A stretch of DNA of 26,980 nucleotides, taken from assembly GCA_964542055.1 (NCBI GenBank), contig CAZITB010000024.1, positions 1 to 26,980 of the forward strand. Direction: 5' to 3'. A program made the position numbers and the translations under genes. The notes under the pieces were generated by a model, which was not told where the DNA came from, searched no databases, and saw only the letters and a list, made by a program, of their open reading frames with translations. Positions 1 to 8,529 of this stretch are shown piece after piece. The stretch is from an uncultured Candidatus Kuenenia sp. (GTDB lineage Bacteria > Planctomycetota > Phycisphaerae > Sedimentisphaerales > CAMDDF01). The first letter of the stretch is position 1. Every line of letters begins with the position of its first letter.

Positions 1-1311
1 GTTGACACCTTGATTGAGAACTTAGAAAAACTCATTACTAAAAAACGAGACATCAAATTAGCTGCTATGCAGCAACTGCTTACCGGTAAAACTCGTCTGC
101 CCGGATTTACAGGGAAATGGGAAGAAATGACTTTAGGTGATGTAATATATGGCTGTTCAAGTGGCGCAACTCCTTCTCGAAGCAGACCCGAATTCTATAG
201 AGGTAATATTAGGTGGATTACAAGCGGTGAATTAAACTATGGTCGAATTTATGATACCGTAGAAAAAATAACAAAATTAGCAGTCCAATGCACGAGTCTT
301 AAAATCATTCCTGCTGGTACATTTTTAATGGCGATTACAGGTTTAGAAGCAGAGGGAACTCGTGGCAACTGTGGTATTGTTGGTGCTGATGCCGCGACTA
401 ATCAATCATGTATGGCGGTTTTTCCATCCGAAAAGTTATTGACCGAGTACCTGTTTTGTTATTATGTTCTAAGAGGGAAGTCACTTGCAATTCAATATTG
501 TCAAGGAACTAAACAACAGAGTTACACTGCAAAATTAGTAAAAATACTTCCTATATCTATGCCTGTTGATATTCAGGAACAAACCGCAATCTCTAATGTT
601 CTATCCGACATGGACGCTGAAATCCAAGCATTAGAAAAACGGCTTTCAAAAACCAGAGCAATAAAACAAGGTATGATGCAGGAGCTGCTGACGGGAAGAA
701 TCCGTTTAATCAAGCCTGAATCCAAATCAACTGAATCTCAAAAGAAACATAACTGGGCAATTGATGAAGCTGTAATAATCTCAACCCTAGTTGAAAAATT
801 TGGCTCAGAACAATACCCGTTGGGACGAAAGCGTTACACGAAAATGTCTTATCTGTTCCATCGCTATATTGACGGCAAAGCTGAAGGCTATGTAAAAATG
901 GCTGCTGGCCCTTACAATCCCAAGACGAAATACGGTGGAGTTGAAACTCTTGCAACAAAGAACAACTACATAAAGAATCACAAGAGTGGGCCGATGCAGG
1001 GATTTATCTCGTCAGATAATGTGCAGCAGGCTATTGACTATTTCAATAAATGGTATGGCGAAGATGCCCTGAAATGGTTGGAACAATTCCGCTATGAGAA
1101 AAACGACATTCTTGAATTATGGGCAACTGTGGATATGGCTGTAGAGGACTTGAGAAACACCCAAAAAGATATAACGGTGGCAAATGTCAAAACAGTCATT
1201 CGAAATAATAAAGAATGGAAGCCAAAGCTGAAAAGAGAGATATTTTCAGATGAGAATATTGAAAAAGCAATAAAAAAGACCCAGCAGTTATTTGCGGAGG
1301 GACAAGTATGA
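1..1311 (+). CDS. hsdS: Type I restriction-modification specificity subunit HsdS. The 5' end is cut by the window edge and the protein carries an extra ~195-aa C-terminal domain.
   Basis: Frame 1 is open from position 1 (VDTLIENLEKLITKKRDIKLAAMQQLLTGKTRLPGF), the HsdS central conserved coiled-coil repeat. A TRD-like region follows (~nt 100-580). The distal conserved repeat comes next (AISNVLSDMDAEIQALEKRLSKTRAIKQGMMQELLTGRIRL, ~nt 580-720). The ORF then continues ~195 aa beyond the normal HsdS end. The stop overlaps the hsdR start (ATGA at 1308-1311). Confidence 0.85.
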   Translation, partial: VDTLIENLEKLITKKRDIKLAAMQQLLTGKTRLPGFTGKWEEMTLGDVIYGCSSGATPSRSRPEFYRGNIRWITSGELNYGRIYDTVEKITKLAVQCTSLKIIPAGTFLMAITGLEAEGTRGNCGIVGADAATNQSCMAVFPSEKLLTEYLFCYYVLRGKSLAIQYCQGTKQQSYTAKLVKILPISMPVDIQEQTAISNVLSDMDAEIQALEKRLSKTRAIKQGMMQELLTGRIRLIKPESKSTESQKKHNWAIDEAVIISTLVEKFGSEQYPLGRKRYTKMSYLFHRYIDGKAEGYVKMAAGPYNPKTKYGGVETLATKNNYIKNHKSGPMQGFISSDNVQQAIDYFNKWYGEDALKWLEQFRYEKNDILELWATVDMAVEDLRNTQKDITVANVKTVIRNNKEWKPKLKREIFSDENIEKAIKKTQQLFAEGQV

Positions 1312-4300
1312 GCAGCGTCGGACAGAAGGAACGGATTACTCAGAACAGAATCATAGATCTGTTTCAAAACAAACTCAAATATGATTATCTGGGTAATTGG
1401 GTTGATCGTGATAACAACACTAACGTTGAAGAAAATCTTCTGAAAGACTGGCTGAAAAGGCAAGGCCACAGCGACAAAATCATCACAAAAGTGCTGCGTG
1501 AACTGGATCAGGCCAAAGCCATCGGCGGCGGTAAACGTCTTTACGAAGCAAATAAGGAAGTGCACGATAAACTCAGATATGGTGTGAAAGTAAAAGAAGA
1601 TGTCGGTCAGAAAAACCGTACAGTCTGGCTGATTGACTGGAAGAATCCTGATAAAAACGACTTTGCTATTGCTGAAGAAGTATCTATTAAGGGCGAGCAT
1701 AAAAAAAGGCCTGATGTTGTCATTTATGTCAATGGAATTGCTCTTGGTGTTTTGGAACTAAAGCGTTCAATCGTCTCTGTCGCAGAAGGTATTCGGCAGA
1801 ACCTTGATAATCAGAAAAAGACCTTTATCCGTCCTTTCTTTGCTACTGTTCAATTGGTCATGGCAGGTAATGACACGGAAGGTTTGAGATATGGTGTCAT
1901 AGAAACACAGGAAAAATATTATCTGCGATGGAAAGAACCGAATTGCATTGAAAATCCACTCGACAAAGAACTATGCCAGATCTGCAACAAAGCTAGATTC
2001 TTAGAACTGATACACGATTTTATTGTTTTTGATGCGGGGATCAAGAAAATCTGTCGGCATAACCAATACTTTGGTGTACATGCTGCTCAAGACCACGTGA
2101 GAAGACGAGAAGGTGGGATCATATGGCATACTCAAGGCAGTGGTAAAAGTTTGACGATGGTCTGGCTGGCTAAATGGATTCGTGAAAATGTAAAGAATTC
2201 CAGAGTGCTGATCATCACAGACCGGACAGAACTTGACGAGCAGATCGAAAAGATATTTAAGGGTGTAAGTGAAGACATCTACAGGACAAAAAGCGGAGCT
2301 GACTTGGTAAATGTGCTCAATGCAAATGCAGAATGGCTAATCTGTTCATTGGTACATAAATTTGGCAGACAGGAAGAAGGCGATGTTGATGAATTCATCA
2401 GAGACATCAAAAGCCACTTACCCAAAGACTTCTATGCAAAAGGTGAGATATTTGTGTTTGTAGATGAGTGCCATCGAACCCAATCGGGAAAACTGCACGA
2501 AGCGATGAAGGCAATTTTGCCGGGCGCGATGTTTATTGGCTTTACAGGCACACCACTTCTAAAAAAAGATAAAAAGAAAAGCATTGAGGTATTTGGGCCT
2601 TATATCCACACCTATAAATTCAACGAAGCTGTAAAAGATGAAGTCGTCTTGGATTTACGGTACGAAGCACGGGATATTGATCAAAATATCACATCTGAGC
2701 ATAAGATCGATCAATGGTTTGAATGCAAAACAAAAGGGTTAACAGATGTTGCTAAAGTTCAGCTAAAACAAAGATGGGGTACTTTGAAGAAAGTGCTCAG
2801 TGCACGCTCTCGATTGGAGAAGATTGTAGCTGATATCCTTATGGATATGGCCACCCGTGACCGTCTCGAAAGCGGAAGAGGAAATGCAATTCTGGTATCG
2901 GGTAGTATATATCAAGCGTGTCGTTTTTTTGAACTCTTTTCCAAAACTGATTTGGCCGGAAAATGTGCAATCATTACATCTTACAAGCCCTCTCCTGCTG
3001 ACATAAAAGGCGAAGAGTCAGGTGAGGGTATGACTGAAAAACTTCGCCAATATGATATTTATCGAAAGATGCTCGCAGAATTCTTCGACGAAAGTGAAGA
3101 AACTGCTATCAATAAAGTGGAGACATTTGAGCAGGCGATCAAGAAAAAGTTTATTGAGGAGCCAGGTCAGATGAAACTTTTGATCGTTGTGGATAAGCTG
3201 CTGACAGGTTTTGATGCTCCACCAGCAACGTATTTGTATATTGATAAGAAAATGCGAGACCACGGGCTGTTTCAGGCTATTTGTCGAGTTAATCGTTTAG
3301 ATGGCGATGACAAAGAATATGGTTACATTATTGATTATAAGGATTTATTCAAATCTCTCGAAAGGTCTATACATGACTATACTAGTGAAGCTCTTGATGG
3401 ATATGATCCCGAAGATGTTGATGGTTTGCTGAGTGACCGCCTTGAGAAAGCAAAAGAGCGATTGGAGGATGCGCGGGAGGCTATTAAAGCATTGTGCGAA
3501 CCTGTAGAAGCTCCTTATGACACTCAATCCTACCTGCGATTCTTTTGTACTTCTGATACATCTGATGTAGATATTTTGAAATCAAATGAGCCTAAACGTA
3601 TTGCGCTGTATAAAATGGCAGCAAGTCTAATCAGGGCATATTCAAATCTGGCAAATGAGATGCAGGAAGCTGGCTATACAGATGATGAAATTAGAACTAT
3701 AAAATCTGAGGTTGATCATTATGAAAAAGTTCGTACTGAAGTAAAAATGAATAGCGGAGATTATATTGATCTGAAATTATATGAGCCAGCGATGAGACAT
3801 CTTCTCGACACCTATATTCGAGCAGAAGATAGTGAAAAATTGTCCGCTTTTGATGACATGTCTTTGGTTGAGTTAGTAGTTGAACGAGGAGAGGATGCTT
3901 TCAATGAACTTCCACAAGGATTGCGTAATACAGAAGCGATGGCTGAAACTATTGAAAACAACGTTCGAAAAGTTATCATTGATGAAATGGCTGTTAATCC
4001 TAAGTATTATGAAAAAATGTCTGAATTGCTTGATGCTTTGATTCAAGAACGTAAGAAAGAGGCTATAGATTATAAAGCGTATTTGGCAAAGATTGTCGAA
4101 CTAACAAAACGAGTCAAAAAACCTGAAGCTAGCTCATATCCTAAAAATGTTGATACACCTGCAAGAAGAGCACTATACGATAATCTTGGCAAAGATGAAG
4201 AAGTTGCGATTTTAGTAGATACTGCTGTGAGAGAAAATAAGGAGCATGGCTTTAGGGGTAATCGTTTCAAAGAAAAGAAACTGATCAATGCCATAAAAAC

Positions 4301-4370
4301 TGTACTAAAGGATGATGAAAGCCTAGCTAAATCGGTATTAGAAATTGTCAAAAAACAAAATGAATACTAA
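1308..4370 (+). CDS. hsdR: Type I restriction enzyme R subunit HsdR (PD-(D/E)xK nuclease plus SF2 helicase motor).
   Basis: 1020 aa. N-terminal nuclease core PDVVIYVNGIALGVLELKRS. Helicase motif I WHTQGSGKSLTM, motif II/DEAH VFVDECHRTQSG, motif III FTGTPL. Size and order are typical of HsdR. 4-bp overlap with hsdS. Confidence 0.95.
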   Translation: MSSVGQKERITQNRIIDLFQNKLKYDYLGNWVDRDNNTNVEENLLKDWLKRQGHSDKIITKVLRELDQAKAIGGGKRLYEANKEVHDKLRYGVKVKEDVGQKNRTVWLIDWKNPDKNDFAIAEEVSIKGEHKKRPDVVIYVNGIALGVLELKRSIVSVAEGIRQNLDNQKKTFIRPFFATVQLVMAGNDTEGLRYGVIETQEKYYLRWKEPNCIENPLDKELCQICNKARFLELIHDFIVFDAGIKKICRHNQYFGVHAAQDHVRRREGGIIWHTQGSGKSLTMVWLAKWIRENVKNSRVLIITDRTELDEQIEKIFKGVSEDIYRTKSGADLVNVLNANAEWLICSLVHKFGRQEEGDVDEFIRDIKSHLPKDFYAKGEIFVFVDECHRTQSGKLHEAMKAILPGAMFIGFTGTPLLKKDKKKSIEVFGPYIHTYKFNEAVKDEVVLDLRYEARDIDQNITSEHKIDQWFECKTKGLTDVAKVQLKQRWGTLKKVLSARSRLEKIVADILMDMATRDRLESGRGNAILVSGSIYQACRFFELFSKTDLAGKCAIITSYKPSPADIKGEESGEGMTEKLRQYDIYRKMLAEFFDESEETAINKVETFEQAIKKKFIEEPGQMKLLIVVDKLLTGFDAPPATYLYIDKKMRDHGLFQAICRVNRLDGDDKEYGYIIDYKDLFKSLERSIHDYTSEALDGYDPEDVDGLLSDRLEKAKERLEDAREAIKALCEPVEAPYDTQSYLRFFCTSDTSDVDILKSNEPKRIALYKMAASLIRAYSNLANEMQEAGYTDDEIRTIKSEVDHYEKVRTEVKMNSGDYIDLKLYEPAMRHLLDTYIRAEDSEKLSAFDDMSLVELVVERGEDAFNELPQGLRNTEAMAETIENNVRKVIIDEMAVNPKYYEKMSELLDALIQERKKEAIDYKAYLAKIVELTKRVKKPEASSYPKNVDTPARRALYDNLGKDEEVAILVDTAVRENKEHGFRGNRFKEKKLINAIKTVLKDDESLAKSVLEIVKKQNEY

Positions 4371-5088
4371 ACATCATCACATTGAGGTAAATGGAATACC
4401 AGTGGAGATTGTCCGTAAGGACATAAAGAACCTTCATTTGGCGGTATACCCTCCTCATGGCCATGTAAGGGTAGCAACACCATTGCGGCTTGATGATGAA
4501 GCGGTTCGTCTAGCAGTGATTTCTCGTCTTGGTTGGATTCAGCGGCAGCAGGCCAATTTCAAAGATCAAGATCGTCAATCTGATCGTGAAATGGTCACAG
4601 GCGAAAGCCATTATGTCCAAGGCAAACGATATCGACTGGATGTAGTTGAGAAAAATGAGCCACCTGTAATAAGCATACGAAATAACAATACATTGGAATT
4701 ACAGGTGCGTCCCAATACAACACGAGTTAAGAAGCAGGAACTCTTGCAGGAATGGTATCGTCAGCGATTAAAAGAGCAGATTCCTTCCTTGGTTGTTAAA
4801 TGGGAACCGATTCTTGGGGTCTCGGTAGCTGAGTGGGGTGTAAAAAAAATGAAAACACACTGGGGCACTTGTAACATCCAAGCCCGAAGAATCTGGCTGA
4901 ATCTGGAATTAGCCAAGAAGTCTGTCGCTTGCCTCGAATATATACTAGTCCACGAAATGATTCATTTATTGGAGCGGCTGCACGATGAAAATTTCCAAGA
5001 ACTCATCGATTATCATATGCCTCAATGGAAATATTACAAGGATCAGCTTAATAGTATGCCGCTGGCCCATGAGGATTGGTTGTATTAA
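4360..5088 (+). CDS. DUF45 / M48-like (YgjP, SprT-like) zinc-dependent metal hydrolase, translationally coupled to hsdR.
   Basis: HExxH motif HEMIH near the C-terminus (LEYILVHEMIHLLERLHDENF) and a WGTC motif, both typical of COG1451/DUF45 proteins. The ATG at 4360 overlaps the hsdR stop (4368-4370). The ORF track extends to a TTG at 4345. Confidence 0.8.
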   Translation: MNTKHHHIEVNGIPVEIVRKDIKNLHLAVYPPHGHVRVATPLRLDDEAVRLAVISRLGWIQRQQANFKDQDRQSDREMVTGESHYVQGKRYRLDVVEKNEPPVISIRNNNTLELQVRPNTTRVKKQELLQEWYRQRLKEQIPSLVVKWEPILGVSVAEWGVKKMKTHWGTCNIQARRIWLNLELAKKSVACLEYILVHEMIHLLERLHDENFQELIDYHMPQWKYYKDQLNSMPLAHEDWLY

Positions 5089-5336
5089 GTAAGTCTTAAC
5101 CTTTGTTCTAAATATTTTGAATAGGAATATATATGGCTTTTAAGAAGATAACTAAAAAGCGATTTTTTCAAGAACTTGATGATCAACAAGATACCTATGA
5201 ACTCACAACTAAGGGCTATGGATTAGCAAATAAGCACAATGTAATAATGTAATTTTCTTTCTGGAAGGATCGGGTAGTTCAGGATATATATTACAGAAAA
5301 ATAGCCCAGAATGATAATATCATTTATTAATGCAAC

Positions 5337-5342
5337 TATAAT
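5337..5342 (+). promoter_or_regulatory. Possible -10 element (TATAAT) for gajA. No good -35 was found.
   Basis: TATAAT lies 12 nt upstream of the gajA ATG, inside a 265-bp AT-rich spacer. This would imply a very short leader. No Shine-Dalgarno sequence is present. Confidence 0.3.
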
Positions 5343-5353
5343 ACGAAATATCT

Positions 5354-7030
5354 ATGAGAATTAGCAAAATAAATATCGAAAATTACAAATGCTTCCAAGG
5401 TAAATTCACCTTAGAGCTTAATCCTGATGTAAATATTCTTGTCGGCAACAATGAATCTGGCAAGTCGACAATCTTAGAGGCTATCAACCTTGCACTTACA
5501 GGCATACTTAACGGGCGATATTTGAAGAATGAGCTAAGCCCATATCTTTTCAATCATCAAACAGTTGTTGATTACATTCAAAGCATTTCAAATGAATCAG
5601 TTAAAACACAGGCTCCTCCCTTCATCAGAATCGAAGTCTTTTTGAACTGTCCTGATGCCGCACGTTTTGAAGGAAATGGGAACAGCGAAAAAATTAATGC
5701 ATCCGGTGTTTCACTAATGATAGAATTTGATCCTGACTATCAATCTGAATATGAGGAGCTAATCAAATCAGGGGAACTCAAAGCAATTCCAATCGAATAT
5801 TATCGTATCTCATGGCAATCATTTGCGAGAGAGACAATTACTGCTCGCAGTATTCCTTTCAAATCTGTTTTAATTGACTCATCATCAACACGCTATCAAA
5901 ATGGATCAGATATTTATATTTCTCGGATAATTCAGGCAGATCTTGACGATACTGACAAAGCGGCCATTTCGCAAGAGTATCGAAAAATGAAAGAGATGTT
6001 CGGAGAGGCTGATGCGGTAAAAGCTATTAATGAGAAGATTAAATCTAAATCTAAAATTTCAGATAAGTCATTGTCTATTTCTGTTGATTTGGCCACTCAT
6101 AATTCCTGGCAAACATCACTAATGACATATATTGACGAAATACCGTTTCACCATGCAGGCAAAGGCGAGCAATGCGTTGTAAAAACCAATCTTGCACTGG
6201 GACACAAAAAAAGCCAAGAAGCCAATCTGATACTTTTGGAAGAACCGGAAAATCACCTGTCTCATACGCGACTCAATCAGCTTTTGAAAAATATTGAGGA
6301 TGAATGCAAAAAATGCATAAAGAAACCGGATGACTGCGAGAAGTGCGAAAATTGCAAAAACAAACAGATCATAATTTCAACTCACAGCAACTTTGTTGCA
6401 AATAAATTAGGAATTGGAAATCTTATCTTCCTAAATGACCATGCATCATCAAGGCTTACAGACTTAAGTGACAGTACTTATGAATTTTTCAAAAAACTTC
6501 CAGGTTACCAAACTCTTCGTCTGTTATTATGCAGAAAAGCAATTTTGGTTGAAGGCCCATCAGATGAGTTGGTTTTTCAAAAGGCATATATGAACGCTAA
6601 TGGTGGGAAGTTGCCTATCGAAGACGGTATAGATGTCATATCAGTTGGTTTGAGCTTTAAACGGTTTCTTGAAATAGCAAAAGCTGTAAATCAGCAAGTA
6701 GCTGTTATAACTGACAATGACGGGGATTTTGCAAATAATATCACTAAGAAATATGATGATTACAAAGATATCACATTTATTTCGATATTTTCTGATCAGA
6801 GAAATGCCCTGAAAACTCTCGAACCTCAGTTTGTTGAGGCAAATAAAGATAATTTGACTGAATTATGTCAAGCCATAAAATTAGATAACAACTCCTATGA
6901 CACAGAAGCCAAAGTCTCTGATTACATGGAAACACATAAAACAGATTGGGCACTATGTGTATTTGAATCAGATGCAAATTTAGCCTTTCCAAAATATATT
7001 ACTGATGCTGTGGTATGGTGTAATGAGTGA
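5354..7030 (+). CDS. gajA: OLD-family ATP-dependent endonuclease, GajA-like (N-terminal ABC-type ATPase plus C-terminal Toprim).
   Basis: Walker A GNNESGKST and ABC signature-like AGKGEQ. Walker B LILLEEPENHL and H-loop ISTHS. Toprim motifs LVEGPSDE and VITDNDGD. 558 aa. A UvrD-like helicase gene follows immediately and overlaps it, which is the class 2 OLD / Gabija arrangement. Confidence 0.75.
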   Translation: MRISKINIENYKCFQGKFTLELNPDVNILVGNNESGKSTILEAINLALTGILNGRYLKNELSPYLFNHQTVVDYIQSISNESVKTQAPPFIRIEVFLNCPDAARFEGNGNSEKINASGVSLMIEFDPDYQSEYEELIKSGELKAIPIEYYRISWQSFARETITARSIPFKSVLIDSSSTRYQNGSDIYISRIIQADLDDTDKAAISQEYRKMKEMFGEADAVKAINEKIKSKSKISDKSLSISVDLATHNSWQTSLMTYIDEIPFHHAGKGEQCVVKTNLALGHKKSQEANLILLEEPENHLSHTRLNQLLKNIEDECKKCIKKPDDCEKCENCKNKQIIISTHSNFVANKLGIGNLIFLNDHASSRLTDLSDSTYEFFKKLPGYQTLRLLLCRKAILVEGPSDELVFQKAYMNANGGKLPIEDGIDVISVGLSFKRFLEIAKAVNQQVAVITDNDGDFANNITKKYDDYKDITFISIFSDQRNALKTLEPQFVEANKDNLTELCQAIKLDNNSYDTEAKVSDYMETHKTDWALCVFESDANLAFPKYITDAVVWCNE

Positions 7031-8159
7031 GAATAGACTTGTTATTGCGGCAGCCGGTTCAGGCAAGACAACATATCTTGTTAATGAATCAATGAAAAGA
7101 GACGGAAAAGTCTTGATTCTTACTTACACACTATCTAACGAAGATGTAATAAAAAGACGATTAATTCAGAAAGCTGGTTGCATACCTCAAAATATAACAG
7201 TTAATACATGGTTTTCTTTTTTACTTCAGCATGGCGTGAAGCCTTATCAGGGCAGCATTGATGATTCAATGTTTGACTATCATATCCGCGGAATGCTACT
7301 TGTAAATAAGCAATCTGGATTTCGCTGTAAAACAGGAAAACATCCTGTTTATTGGAAAGAAAGCAACATAGATAAACACTATTTCAGCAAAAGAAATAAA
7401 ATCTATTCTGATAAAATTTCAAAATTTGTATTCAAATGTAATACTCAGTCGGGCGGAGCAGTCATTGATCGACTTGCTCGTATATACGATCATGTTTTCA
7501 TTGATGAAGTTCAGGATTTAGCAGGATACGACCTAGAATTGATCAAATTATTATTCAGTTCTTCAATTTCAGTCCTGCTTGTTGGTGACCCGCGACAAGT
7601 AACCTATCTGACACATTTAGAACGAAAACACGCAAAGTATCAAAACGGTAAAATTCGCAAATTCGTAGAAAATGAACTTGAAAAAAATATTATTTGCAAC
7701 ATAGACGAATCAACACTTCAAGCATCTCATCGATGTTGTGATCCAATCTGTAAATATGCATCTCGACTTTATCCGGATATGCCGGAAACAACTTCTTGTT
7801 CATGTTGTGGCCAAAGTACAATCAATCATCAAGGGATATTTTTGGTTAAGCCAGATCAAATACAAGAATACACTCGAAAATATAATGTAACACAATTAAG
7901 GTGGGATAGAAAGTCAGGCGTTCTTCCTTCTATACCGGTAATGAATTTCGGGGAAGCCAAAGGAGAAACCTTCGACAGAGTTCTTATATACCCAACGAAA
8001 GATATGGCAAAGTGGGTCGAAAATGGTTCTACGTCTTTATCTGATGCTTCGAGGGCAAAATTTTATGTTGCAATCACGCGTGCTCGTTACAGTGCAGCTA
8101 TAGTTTTGAATTATGATTCAGCTCAAAGTTATGAAGGAACCAGTATGTATGTGTCTTGA
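7023..8159 (+). CDS. gajB: UvrD/PcrA-like SF1 helicase, GajB-like, compact (~378 aa).
   Basis: Motif I AAAGSGKTT, motif II FIDEVQDL, motif III VGDPRQ and motif VI VAITRAR. The start is taken as the ATG at 7023 (MSENRL...), overlapping the gajA stop in an ATGAGTGA context. An upstream in-frame ATG at 7005 is also possible. Confidence 0.7.
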   Translation: MSENRLVIAAAGSGKTTYLVNESMKRDGKVLILTYTLSNEDVIKRRLIQKAGCIPQNITVNTWFSFLLQHGVKPYQGSIDDSMFDYHIRGMLLVNKQSGFRCKTGKHPVYWKESNIDKHYFSKRNKIYSDKISKFVFKCNTQSGGAVIDRLARIYDHVFIDEVQDLAGYDLELIKLLFSSSISVLLVGDPRQVTYLTHLERKHAKYQNGKIRKFVENELEKNIICNIDESTLQASHRCCDPICKYASRLYPDMPETTSCSCCGQSTINHQGIFLVKPDQIQEYTRKYNVTQLRWDRKSGVLPSIPVMNFGEAKGETFDRVLIYPTKDMAKWVENGSTSLSDASRAKFYVAITRARYSAAIVLNYDSAQSYEGTSMYVS

Positions 8160-8529
8160 CATATAGCAACTCTTTTTCTCTCCCCGTTAACCGCCTCCAT
8201 CTCTGTTTTTCTAAAACACCCAGAAATCGCCCGTGTCGAGAGAGGTTTGTATCTCGCCTATACACTCGAGTTCGGATCGATGGGCTATCCTGACCGGCTT
8301 TCTGGCGGTCATGTGGAAGATTGGATGTTAAGTCGTTGCCAGATAAGCATTAATCTGGCAGTTAACAGGTTCGAAATCGGGTGTTTGAAATGATCTCAAA
8401 TGCATGTGTTAGAACTGGTATGGTTCGGGGAGCTTTTTTATGCGCTAAAAACGGGGTTTAGGGTTTACTTACTTTTGACAAAGGATGCAATGCCTTAAAA
8501 TTTTAAATCATTCGGTGGCAGTGAAGGCT

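Noticed and set aside
1092-1700. 202-aa minus-strand ORF antisense to the hsdS/hsdR junction
   Set aside because: Phe/Ile-rich low-complexity translation that is entirely antisense to two well-supported genes. It is a typical shadow ORF of AT-rich coding sequence.
8160-8529. Looked for a tRNA or tmRNA as an integration target at the island boundary
   Set aside because: No cloverleaf-compatible acceptor/T-arm pairing or GTTC/TTCGA motif in the expected geometry was found by eye. The segment is kept only as an unexplained noncoding region (see findings).
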